From: an uncultured Conexibacteraceae bacterium
Lineage (GTDB): Bacteria; Actinomycetota; Thermoleophilia; Solirubrobacterales; Solirubrobacteraceae
Assembly (NCBI GenBank): GCA_963720195.1
Contig: CAVRFD010000015.1
Span: 5,690 to 69,689, forward strand
DNA: 64,000 nucleotides
Direction: 5' to 3'
Shown: positions 51,400 through 60,248 of the stretch, piece by piece
How the letters are laid out: the number at the start of each line of letters is the position of its first letter
Numbering within the stretch: the first letter of the stretch is position 1
Made by a program: the position numbers and the translations under genes
The notes under the pieces: model-generated
Told to the model about the DNA's origin: nothing
Seen by the model: the letters and a program-made list of their open reading frames with translations, nothing else
The model's database searches: none

Positions 51400-52974
51400 G
51401 TGACCGAGCAGGCATCTCCAACGCTGATCTCGATCGAGCATGTCTCGAAGACGTTTCCCGGCCAGCGGGCACTTATTGACGTCTCGTTCACCATCGCGCA
51501 CGGTGAGATTCACGCGCTCGTGGGCGAGAACGGCTCGGGCAAGTCGACGCTGATCAAAACCCTGTCCGGGTTTCACGATGCAGATCCCGGAAGCAGCATC
51601 GCGGTCGGGGGCGAGCCCCTGACGCTCGGCACGCCGTCCGACGCTCACCGACGCGGCCTCCGGTTCGTTCACCAGGACCTTGGTCTGATCGACCAACTGA
51701 CAGGGGCCGAGAACATCGGGCTCGCATCTGGCTTCACCACCGGCTTCGCAGGCCGAATCAGAGCGAACGCACACCGCCGCCACGCTCAGAAGCTGCTCGC
51801 ACGGATCGGCGTCGAGATGGACCTGGACGTACCGGTGAGCGAGCTGCGCCCGGTCGACCGCAGCGCGCTGGCGATCGCCAGGGCGCTCGACGACGCCCAC
51901 GGCGAGATCACTCTGCTGGTGCTCGACGAGCCGACAGCGGCTCTGCCTCCGGCTGAGTGCGCTGCATTGTTCGCGGTGCTGCGCGAGGTTGTCGCCAGCG
52001 GAGTCAGCATCCTTTACGTGTCCCACCGGTTGGACGAGGTGCTGAGCCTCGCAGACCGTGTGACGGTGCTGCGCGACGGCCGCTGCCAGGGCACGCTGCC
52101 CGCCCAGGGAGTGGATCGGGCCAAGCTGGCGGAGCTGATCGTCGGCCAGAACGTGGATATGAAGACCAACGCGTCGGTGAGCAGCACGGTCACCGGCTCG
52201 ACGGACGCCCGTGCGACCGAGCCCGTGCTCAAGGTGCGCCGACTCCACTGCGAAACGATCAACGGAATCGGATTCGACGTGCATCCTGGCGAGGTGCTGG
52301 CGGTCGCCGGTCTTTCCGGTTCCGGGCGCGAGCTTCTCGCCGGCGCAGTCTGCGGCGCCGTACCGGCCTTCGTGGATCTCACGCTTGACGGTCGCGAGAC
52401 GGTCGGCGAGATGACGCCGGAGCTCGCCCGCGAGCTGCGGCTCGCACTCGTGCTGCCCAACCGCCACCCACAGGCCGCCATCCCAACCTTCACGATCGAG
52501 GAGAACATGACCCTCGGTCGCGTCCCCGAGTTCGCCCGCATGGGCCGCATCCAGCGCCGCCGCGAACGCGCCGCCGTGGATCAGTGGATCAAGAAGCTCG
52601 ATATCCGTCCACCGGACGCGAGCCGCCAGTACAGCATGCTGAGCGGAGGCAACCAGCAGAAGGTGCTGCTTGCAAAGTGGTTCGGAATGGATCCTCGGGT
52701 CGTCTTCATGGAGGATCCGACGAGCGGCGTGGACATCGGCGCTCGATACGCGATCTACGACCTCATCCGCGACCATGCCCAGACCGGCGCCGGATTCGTG
52801 ATCTGCTCCTCAGACATCGAGGACCTCGTCTCAGTCTGTGACAGGGTTATCGCGCTCGTCAACGGACGGATCGTCGAAGAGCTGAGCGGCTCCGACATAA
52901 CCGAGTCCGCGGTCCTCCGCGCGATCTCGGCAAGCGCTGACTCTGTGATGCAGGCAGGGCCGGCGGCGGCCTGA
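51400..52974 (+). CDS. Sugar-type (RbsA-like) ABC transporter ATP-binding protein, two domains
   Basis: GENGSGKST, LDEPT, SHRLDE, LSGGNQQK. Confidence 0.95.
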   Translation: MTEQASPTLISIEHVSKTFPGQRALIDVSFTIAHGEIHALVGENGSGKSTLIKTLSGFHDADPGSSIAVGGEPLTLGTPSDAHRRGLRFVHQDLGLIDQLTGAENIGLASGFTTGFAGRIRANAHRRHAQKLLARIGVEMDLDVPVSELRPVDRSALAIARALDDAHGEITLLVLDEPTAALPPAECAALFAVLREVVASGVSILYVSHRLDEVLSLADRVTVLRDGRCQGTLPAQGVDRAKLAELIVGQNVDMKTNASVSSTVTGSTDARATEPVLKVRRLHCETINGIGFDVHPGEVLAVAGLSGSGRELLAGAVCGAVPAFVDLTLDGRETVGEMTPELARELRLALVLPNRHPQAAIPTFTIEENMTLGRVPEFARMGRIQRRRERAAVDQWIKKLDIRPPDASRQYSMLSGGNQQKVLLAKWFGMDPRVVFMEDPTSGVDIGARYAIYDLIRDHAQTGAGFVICSSDIEDLVSVCDRVIALVNGRIVEELSGSDITESAVLRAISASADSVMQAGPAAA

Positions 52975-52980
52975 GCGCTT

Positions 52981-53808
52981 TTAGGGAACGCGGAGGCGCC
53001 GAACGGCACCCGCGCGCAGACGTGCAGCCTCGTCCGGCACCCAGGTTGGTGCGGTGCAGACGAACAGCTCGTCACCGTCGGGCCCACCGACCGCCACGGC
53101 ATACGGGCTATCCACCTGCACCCGCGTGTCGATTCTCCCGTCGGGTATCACTCGGACAACCTCACCCGAGAATGGCATCGCGACCCAGATCCGGCCATCC
53201 CGGTCCAGGGCGATTCCATCCGGCAACTCGCCAGGGCCGAACTCGATCAGCGTCCTGCGGTCGGACAGATCTCCGTTTGCCGCAATCGCGAATGCGGTCA
53301 GGCGCCCCGGGACAGAACGGGTCTCGGCCACGATCAGCGTGGCGCCATCCGGCGTAACCGCGATGCCGTTGGGGAAGTGCAGGTCATCGGCCACGACGCG
53401 CGCTTCGCCCGTGGGCTCGACGGCTATCAGGACCGTCGGCGCCGGCGGATCGGGCGGCGCTGAGTCATCGCCGAAGTTGCCGACGTACGCCCGCCCCGTC
53501 GAGTCGACGGCGAGGTCATTCAGGTGCCATGGGGCGAGGCCACTCAGGTCTGCGTGCTCGCGAACGACGCCGTCGGATCCGACGCGGAGCAGGCGCCTGT
53601 CGTGCATAGAGACGATCAGCAGTCGGCCGTCGGGCATGAAGCCCAGACCGGACGGGCATTCGGGAACCTCAGCCACAACCTGCTGCGCACCGTCGGCACC
53701 AACACGGAGCACCTGGTGACCATGCATGTCCGACAACCACAGCGCGCCGGCATGCCAGCGCGCGCCCTCGGGAAGGGTGAGTCCGTCTACAACCGTGTCG
53801 TCGTTCAC
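52981..53808 (-). CDS. SMP-30/gluconolactonase family protein
   Basis: PEGARW, NDLAVD..GR.Y, FPNG.A, PDG.ALD..G.IW; GTG at 53808 is 6 nt after TACTAT. Confidence 0.92.
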   Translation of the reverse strand: MNDDTVVDGLTLPEGARWHAGALWLSDMHGHQVLRVGADGAQQVVAEVPECPSGLGFMPDGRLLIVSMHDRRLLRVGSDGVVREHADLSGLAPWHLNDLAVDSTGRAYVGNFGDDSAPPDPPAPTVLIAVEPTGEARVVADDLHFPNGIAVTPDGATLIVAETRSVPGRLTAFAIAANGDLSDRRTLIEFGPGELPDGIALDRDGRIWVAMPFSGEVVRVIPDGRIDTRVQVDSPYAVAVGGPDGDELFVCTAPTWVPDEAARLRAGAVRRLRVP

Positions 53809-53824
53809 GGCGCTATAGTATCGA

Positions 53825-53842
53825 ACCAAGCTAGCGCTTGGT
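53825..53842. promoter_or_regulatory. KstR2-type operator between the lactonase and MaoC genes
   Basis: ACCAAGCTAGCGCTTGGT; core AGCTAGCGCTTGGT has 1 mismatch. Confidence 0.75.
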
Positions 53843-53850
53843 CATTCGGT

Positions 53851-54669
53851 ATGGAGACATCGACACTCACGCCCGCAAACGAGGCGCTTGGCCTCGAACT
53901 CGGCTCACGCACGATCGAGTACGACGAGAGCGACGCGATCCTCTACGCGCTTGCGGTGGGCGCGCATGCGACCGACCTGGAGTTGGTCTTCGAGCGCGAC
54001 CTGCGCGTGTTGCCGACGTTTGCGCTGCCGCAGGGCCTGTGGGCCGCCGATCTTCTCGGCTCACGCGGTTTCTTCTCAACCGCCAACGCTGTCCACGGCG
54101 CTCAGAAGGTGGAGTGGTTCGCGCCGATTCGGCCCCGCGGGCGGATTGAGCAGCAGGCGCGGATCAGCGCCGTCTGGGATAAGGGCTCAGCGGCCGTCTT
54201 CGAGGTCGAGGTCAGCTGCGAGCTGTGGTGTGCGACCTATGCGATCTTCGCTCCCGGCGCCGGTGGCTTCGGCGGGGAGCGAGGCCCGTCGGCGAGGCGC
54301 GCGCCGGCAGACCGCCCGGCGGCCCGCCTGCGCGTTCCCACCTCACCTGAGCAGGCCGCGCTGTACCGGTTGACCGGAGACCGGCACCTGATCCACATCG
54401 ACCCCGAGGCGGCGCGCGCGATCGGCCAGCCGCGGCCGATCCTTCACGGCCTCTGCACGCTTGGCTTCGCCGCCCGCGAACTGGCGGGTCTCCTCGGACA
54501 CGAACCATGGGAGCTCACGTCGTTGGAGGCTCGGTTCAGCGCCGCGGTCCTGCCGGGTGACCTGATCGAGCTGCGCGTCTGGCCCGCCGAGCCAGACGGG
54601 TCGGTGCCGTTTGCAGCCCTGGTCGCGGACTCCGTCGTACTCGACGGCGGCCTGGTGCGCTTCTCATGA
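53851..54669 (+). CDS. MaoC-type (R)-specific enoyl-CoA hydratase, double hot-dog
   Basis: DAILYALAVGA, VLPTF, WDKG, YRLTGD.H.IH.DP, PILHGLCT. Confidence 0.92.
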   Translation: METSTLTPANEALGLELGSRTIEYDESDAILYALAVGAHATDLELVFERDLRVLPTFALPQGLWAADLLGSRGFFSTANAVHGAQKVEWFAPIRPRGRIEQQARISAVWDKGSAAVFEVEVSCELWCATYAIFAPGAGGFGGERGPSARRAPADRPAARLRVPTSPEQAALYRLTGDRHLIHIDPEAARAIGQPRPILHGLCTLGFAARELAGLLGHEPWELTSLEARFSAAVLPGDLIELRVWPAEPDGSVPFAALVADSVVLDGGLVRFS

Positions 54670-55883
54670 ATCCGAACGATGCAGTCATCGTGTCCGCGGT
54701 CCGGACACCGATCGGACGTGCGACCAAGGGCTCCCTCGCCGCCATGCGCGGCGACGACCTGGGCGCGATCGCCGTCCGCGCCGCACTCGACGCCGTTCCG
54801 CAAATCGCACCGAGTGAGATCGAGGACCTGATGATGGGCTGCGGACAGCCGGCGGCCGAGCAGGGCTTCAACATCGCGCGAGTCGTGGCCGTGCTGAGCG
54901 GCCTGAGCAATGTCCCCGGGGTCACCGTCAACCGCTACTGCTCCTCATCGCTACAGACGATCCGCATGGCTGCACATGCGATCCGCGCCGGCGAGGGCGA
55001 CTGCTTCATCGCCGCGGGAACCGAGTCCTGCAGCCACTTCGACAAGGGAAACGCCGACCGCGTCCCGGATACGAAGAACCCGCGGTTCGAGGCGGCGCAG
55101 GCACGGACCGCGGAGCGGGCATCGGGCACCGGGGGTGCGTGGTCACCAAACGCGGACCTACCCGATATCTACATCGCCATGGGCCAGACGGCGGAGAACG
55201 TCGCCCAGATCAGAGACGTCACGCGGGAGCAGATGGATGAGTTCGCTGTGCGCTCCCACCAGCGAGCGGTCGCCGCCCAACAGGCCGGCGTGTTCGAGTC
55301 CGAGATCGTCCCGGTCGTGACGCCGGACGGGGCCGTGGTCAGCGCCGACGACGGACCCAGGCCGGACACCTCGCTCGAGCGGCTGGCCACGTTGAAGCCG
55401 GTGTTTCGCGCTGACGGTCGCGTCACCGCGGGCAACGCCTGCCCCCTCAACGACGGCGCCGCGGCCGTGGTTGTGACAAGTGCCAGGTTCGCGCAGGAGC
55501 ATGGGATCGAACCGCTCGCCCGGATCGTTGCCACCGGCGTCTCCGCGCTCGATCCTGAGATCATGGGACTGGGTCCCGTGGGTGCGTGCCGCAGCGCTCT
55601 GCAGCGAGCTGGGATGACGATCGGCGATGTGGACCTGGTGGAGATCAACGAGGCGTTCGCCGCCCAGGTGATCCCGTCCGCAGCGGAGTTGGGAGTCGAT
55701 CACGAGAAGCTCAACGTCAACGGCGGCGCGATCGCCATCGGCCACCCGTTCGGGATGACCGGCGCCCGCATCCTGACGACACTGCTGAACGCTCTGCGCC
55801 GCAGCGACCGGACGATCGGCCTGGAGACGATGTGTGTCGGTGGCGGACAGGGCATGGCCCTGATCGTCGAGCGGCTCTCCTGA
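54666..55883 (+). CDS. Acetyl-CoA C-acyltransferase (thiolase)
   Basis: NRYCSSS, NEAFA, GHPFG, CVGGGQG. Confidence 0.95.
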   Translation: MNPNDAVIVSAVRTPIGRATKGSLAAMRGDDLGAIAVRAALDAVPQIAPSEIEDLMMGCGQPAAEQGFNIARVVAVLSGLSNVPGVTVNRYCSSSLQTIRMAAHAIRAGEGDCFIAAGTESCSHFDKGNADRVPDTKNPRFEAAQARTAERASGTGGAWSPNADLPDIYIAMGQTAENVAQIRDVTREQMDEFAVRSHQRAVAAQQAGVFESEIVPVVTPDGAVVSADDGPRPDTSLERLATLKPVFRADGRVTAGNACPLNDGAAAVVVTSARFAQEHGIEPLARIVATGVSALDPEIMGLGPVGACRSALQRAGMTIGDVDLVEINEAFAAQVIPSAAELGVDHEKLNVNGGAIAIGHPFGMTGARILTTLLNALRRSDRTIGLETMCVGGGQGMALIVERLS

Positions 55884-55935
55884 GCCAAGCGGCGGGCTGA
55901 ATCGGCTGTGGCCAGCCGCGGCCAGCGGGCCGCGG

Positions 55936-57549
55936 CTATTCCGAAACCGCGGTGGCCAGGCTGTTGGGCAATTCGCGCTTGAGCACCTTGCCGAGGGCGC
56001 TGCGTGGCAGATCGTCGACGAAGACCACGCGGCGGGGCACCTTGAAGTTCGCCAGACGCTGCCGGCAGTGGTCGATCACCTCCTGCTCGCTTGGATGCGA
56101 GTCATGAGCGCAGATCACGAAGGCGAGTCCCACCTCGCCAAGACGCTCGTCAGGGGTACCGATCACGGCGCATTCCTTCACCCCATCCAGGCTGAGAATC
56201 ACGTTCTCGACCTCTGCGGGGTACACGTTGAAGCCGCCGCTGGTGTACATGTCCTTGAGACGGTCAGTGATCGTCACATAGCCACGAGCGTCCATGTGGC
56301 CGACGTCGCCGGTATGGAACCAATGATCTTTGGTGTAGGCGGCCGATGTCGCCTCGGGATCGTCCAGGTAGCCGAGCATGACGTTCGGGCCACGCAGCTG
56401 TATCTCACCGTCCTCCCCAGGCGAAAGCGGCCTGTCAAGCGCGTCTGTGACCCTGACCTCAAAGTCCGCAGTCGCACATCCCGACGTCTGGGAGATCGTC
56501 TCCGGGTCGTCATCGGGCTTGCACATCGTCACGACCACGGCCTCCGACAGGCCGTAGGCGGTCAGGATCGACTCGAACGTGAGCTCGCGGCGCATGCGTT
56601 CGATCAAGATGACTGGAACGGGCGCGGCGCCGGTCACCGCCAGTCGCAGAGACGAGAGGTCAAATTCCCCGCGCCGTGGGTGGTCCAGCAACGAGTAGAA
56701 GACGGTCGGCGGGCCGGGCAGGATGGTGACCCGCTCGCGTGCGATCGTCGCCAACGTGGTGTCAAGATCGAACTTCAACACCGGAACGATGGTGGCTCCC
56801 CGCAGCAGTGCGACAACCCACCCGGCCTTGTACCCGAAGCTGTGGAAGAACGGATTGATGATCAGGTAGACGTCGTCCTCACTCACCTCGGCGCGCTCGG
56901 CCCATGCGGCCGCCACCGCCACGGTCTGACGGTGGGCCGAGACGGCACCCTTTGGCCTCCCCGTCGTGCCAGAGGTGAAGAGGATGTCGCAGGCGCTGTC
57001 ACCGTTGACGGGAGCAGGCGGTGACTCAACGCCGGGCGCCTCGAGCAGCAGCTCCGACCAGGTCTTTACGCCCGGTCCTGAATCTGCCGGGGCTCCGTCC
57101 TCCACGGGGATCCTGACCACCAACTCGAGCCGCGGCAAACCGTCCACAGGACGTGAGTTCCCAGCCCCTCCGGCGCTGTCCCGAAGTGTCTGCAGGAAGT
57201 CACGTCCCAGGAACTGGTCGGGGACGAACAGCACGCGGGCCTCGCCACGATCGAGGATGTCGAACGCCTCCGTGCCCGTGAACCGCGTGTTGAGCGGGAT
57301 CAACGTCGCGCCTGCCCGGTGCGCCGCCAGCGCCGCGACGATCCAGTGGAACGTGTTCGGCGACCAGATCGAGACGCGGTCACCCGGCTCGAGACCGTTC
57401 GCGACCATGCCCTCGCTTACCCTTTCAACCAATGAGCCGAGCTCGCGATAGGAGAGTCTCGTCGATCCATCCGCAATCGCGATGCGGTCGCCGAACTTCG
57501 CGGCCGACTCGGTCATCAGGTCTGGAAGATTGTCCGGCGTCTGTGTCAC
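55936..57549 (-). CDS. fadD3: FadD3 family HIP-CoA ligase
   Basis: WSPNT.HW, PLNTRFTG.EA, DILFTSGTTGRPKG..SAHRQ, INPFFHSFGYKAG, TAYGLSEAVV.TMC; divergent from kstR2. Confidence 0.85.
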   Translation of the reverse strand: MTQTPDNLPDLMTESAAKFGDRIAIADGSTRLSYRELGSLVERVSEGMVANGLEPGDRVSIWSPNTFHWIVAALAAHRAGATLIPLNTRFTGTEAFDILDRGEARVLFVPDQFLGRDFLQTLRDSAGGAGNSRPVDGLPRLELVVRIPVEDGAPADSGPGVKTWSELLLEAPGVESPPAPVNGDSACDILFTSGTTGRPKGAVSAHRQTVAVAAAWAERAEVSEDDVYLIINPFFHSFGYKAGWVVALLRGATIVPVLKFDLDTTLATIARERVTILPGPPTVFYSLLDHPRRGEFDLSSLRLAVTGAAPVPVILIERMRRELTFESILTAYGLSEAVVVTMCKPDDDPETISQTSGCATADFEVRVTDALDRPLSPGEDGEIQLRGPNVMLGYLDDPEATSAAYTKDHWFHTGDVGHMDARGYVTITDRLKDMYTSGGFNVYPAEVENVILSLDGVKECAVIGTPDERLGEVGLAFVICAHDSHPSEQEVIDHCRQRLANFKVPRRVVFVDDLPRSALGKVLKRELPNSLATAVSE

Positions 57550-57614
57550 GGTCTCTCCTCTCCTACGGGCATCAGCGTGCAGAGACTGGGCCGGCCCAAA
57601 CCCGGCCCTTATCT

Positions 57615-57637
57615 AGCAAGCGATTGCTTGGTAGCAT
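57615..57637. promoter_or_regulatory. KstR2-type operator between fadD3 and kstR2
   Basis: AGCAAGCGATTGCT (1 mismatch) + TGGT; TAGCAT -10 at 57632-57637. Confidence 0.8.
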
Positions 57638-57730
57638 ACCGGGAAGACAAGCGGGCACCGGGTCGGCGCAGGGGTAGTCCGAGGGCGACATCGACGAGAA
57701 TCCCGCCGGCAGGCGGAACCGAGGCGGGAC

Positions 57731-58369
57731 ATGGCAAGAACCAAGACATCCACATCGAGCTCCCGGCAGCGAGCTAACGGCAACGGTCATAGCGAACCGC
57801 TCCGCCAGGCGGAGCTCCTCCAGATCGCCGCGGACCTTTTTGCCGAGCGTGGCTACGCCGCCACGACCGTGCGCGACATCGCCGACGCGGCGGGAATCCT
57901 CTCCGGCAGCCTGTATCACCACTTCGACTCGAAGGAGTCGATGGTCGACGCAATCCTCTCCCGCTTCATCGAGCAGACGCTCGCCGCGTACGACGCGGTC
58001 ATCGCGGAGGAGCGCGGCCCGCGTGAGACGTTCCAGCGGCTGGTTGAGGTCTCCCTGCAATCGATGACCACCGAGCGTTCCGCGATCCTCGTCTACCAGA
58101 ACGAGGCCCGCTTCCTGGCCCAGGAGAAGCGGTTTGCCTACCTGGGCCAGGCGCATCGCCAATTCCAGAAGATCTGGACCGATGTGATCGAGGCCGGGAT
58201 CAAGGTCGGTGAGTTCCGGCCGGACATCGACGCGCGGCTGGTCTACCGGCTGGTACGCGACACCGTGTGGGCGGCGCCGCGCTGGTGGCGACCGGGTCGA
58301 ACGCTTCGCTACGAGCACCTGATCGAGCAGTACGTGGCCGTGTTGGTGAACGGCGTCGTCCAGCATTAG
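57731..58369 (+). CDS. kstR2: TetR family regulator KstR2
   Basis: ELL..AA.LFAERG..ATTVRDIADAAGILSGSLYHHFDSKESMVD.IL; YQNE; VYR..RDTVW...W.RPG. Confidence 0.88.
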   Translation: MARTKTSTSSSRQRANGNGHSEPLRQAELLQIAADLFAERGYAATTVRDIADAAGILSGSLYHHFDSKESMVDAILSRFIEQTLAAYDAVIAEERGPRETFQRLVEVSLQSMTTERSAILVYQNEARFLAQEKRFAYLGQAHRQFQKIWTDVIEAGIKVGEFRPDIDARLVYRLVRDTVWAAPRWWRPGRTLRYEHLIEQYVAVLVNGVVQH

Positions 58370-58371
58370 GG

Positions 58372-59331
58372 ATGCTCTCCGCCGATGTGCGCCTGACGAT
58401 CGAGACCGAGGAGCTCGGCGCGATCGAGATGGCCGCGCGCGTGCTTGCGCCGGCCTCACCTTCAGAGCACCCGGTGGTGCTGTTCTGTGTCCCGGGGATG
58501 AGCTACGGGAAGGAGTACTACGACCTGCCAGTGGCCGGTTACAGCTTCGCGGAGGCCGCCGTCGCGGCGGGCCAGGTGGTGATCGCCGTCGACAATGTCG
58601 GCACCGGCGCAAGCGGCCGTCCCGCTGATGGCGACGCGGTGACGCTCGAGGCGATGGCCGCCGCCAACGGGGTCTTCTCAGAGACGGTGCTCGCGCGGCT
58701 CGCCGACGGGAGCCTGCTCGATGAGCTGGCCCCATGCCCGGCCGGGCCGGTCGTCGGAGTCGGCCACTCGATGGGCGGCTGTCTCGTACTGATGCAGCAG
58801 GCCCAGCATGTGTCCTTCTCCGCGATTGCGGTCCTCGGCTTCTGCAACCTCCCGCTCGTGGGCATCTACGAGGACCACCCGCGTGAAGCGGAGCTGAGCG
58901 ACGACGAGCGCTTCGCGTGGGCGACCGAGCACCTCCCGCCGAAGCTCTGGGGAGCATCCTGGGACGATCTCGCGCCGTACTTCGCGTTGCCACGGGAGAA
59001 CTTCCACGGACTGTTCTACACGCCCGACATTCCGGCCGAGGTCGTCTCGACCGACACCGCGCTCGCGACGACCGTCCCCCGCTGCGCGGCGATTGGCACA
59101 ACGATTCCGCGTGCGTCAGCATCCGCGGCCGCCGCGATCACGGTCCCGACCCTCATCGCATATGGAGATCCGGACCTCTCACCGGATCCGGCCGCAGAGG
59201 TCGCGACCTACCCGTGCGCCCCGGAGGTCACCCTCGTGCACGTCGACGACTCGGCGCACTGCCACAACCTCGCGCCCGGACGCGAGCGCTTCTGGCATCG
59301 GCTTCTGTACTGGACCGCAGGGCTGCGCTGA
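58372..59331 (+). CDS. Alpha/beta hydrolase
   Basis: GHSMGG nucleophile elbow; AHCHN catalytic His. Confidence 0.88.
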   Translation: MLSADVRLTIETEELGAIEMAARVLAPASPSEHPVVLFCVPGMSYGKEYYDLPVAGYSFAEAAVAAGQVVIAVDNVGTGASGRPADGDAVTLEAMAAANGVFSETVLARLADGSLLDELAPCPAGPVVGVGHSMGGCLVLMQQAQHVSFSAIAVLGFCNLPLVGIYEDHPREAELSDDERFAWATEHLPPKLWGASWDDLAPYFALPRENFHGLFYTPDIPAEVVSTDTALATTVPRCAAIGTTIPRASASAAAAITVPTLIAYGDPDLSPDPAAEVATYPCAPEVTLVHVDDSAHCHNLAPGRERFWHRLLYWTAGLR

Positions 59332-59362
59332 GCTCACCCGGCGCGGGAGGCGGCGACGGCCT

Positions 59363-60220
59363 TCAGGACTTTCGCTGGGCGCTATCCCGCATACTGCGGG
59401 CGTCGTGACCGGCCAGGTGATCCTCACCGCTCTCCGCGTTGTGTGAATGCGCGAGTTGGTGAAGGCCGAAGGCCGAGTCCATGCCGGCGCGCAGACCCAT
59501 CAGATCCTCTGCCTGGTTCACGGCCATCTTGGTGAGCGCGAGCCCGAAGCGCGGCATCGTTGAGATCCGCTCGGCAAGCTCGAGCGTGACCGATTCCAGT
59601 TCATCGCGCGGCACGACTCTGTTGACCATTCCCAGGGCCAGCGCCCGCTGAGCGTCGAATCGCTCGCCCGTGAACAGGAATTCCTTCGCGAACCGCGGGC
59701 CCATCACCCACGGGTGCGCGAAGTACTCGACACCCGGAATGCCCATCTGCAGAACCGGATCGGCGAAGAAGGCGTCGTCGGAGGCGACGATCAGGTCGCA
59801 GCACCAGGCCAGCATCAGAGCGCCCGCGATGCACGCCCCATGGACCATTGCGATCGTGGGCTTCGGCAGCTCGCGCCAGCGACGGCACATGCCGAGGTAG
59901 ACCTCCTCCTCGCGTGCGACCCTTCCCTCCGCTCCTGGCACGCCGACGTGGTCCCACCAGAGGGACGCGCGGCGCGGGAATGATGTGTCCACGTCACGAC
60001 CCGGGGTGCCGATGTCGTGCCCGGCGGAGAAGTGCTTGCCGTTGCCGCCCAGGACAATGACCTTGATCTCGTCGTCCGCCGCACACGCGGAGAAGGCGTC
60101 GTCGAGCGCGTAGGTCATCGCCGAGTTCTGAGCGTTGCGGTACTCGGGGCGGTTCAAGCGGATGAACGCAACCGCTCCACGGCGTTCGGTCAGAACAACG
60201 TCATCTTCGGGCTCGCTCAT
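59363..60220 (-). CDS. echA13: Enoyl-CoA hydratase, EchA13-like
   Basis: LNRPEYRNAQNS.MTYALD.AF, GKHFSAGHDIGTPGRD, MGIPGVEYFAHPW. Confidence 0.8.
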   Translation of the reverse strand: MSEPEDDVVLTERRGAVAFIRLNRPEYRNAQNSAMTYALDDAFSACAADDEIKVIVLGGNGKHFSAGHDIGTPGRDVDTSFPRRASLWWDHVGVPGAEGRVAREEEVYLGMCRRWRELPKPTIAMVHGACIAGALMLAWCCDLIVASDDAFFADPVLQMGIPGVEYFAHPWVMGPRFAKEFLFTGERFDAQRALALGMVNRVVPRDELESVTLELAERISTMPRFGLALTKMAVNQAEDLMGLRAGMDSAFGLHQLAHSHNAESGEDHLAGHDARSMRDSAQRKS

Positions 60221-60248
60221 GCTCGTCCTTTCCTCGATCGTCTAAGTA

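Noticed and set aside
51148-59122. Long antisense ORFs (e.g. 51148-52776 and 57572-59122; likewise 1-822, 35383-36639, 60282-61460)
   Set aside because: Shadow frames of well-supported genes in high-GC DNA; Arg/Pro-rich with no motifs
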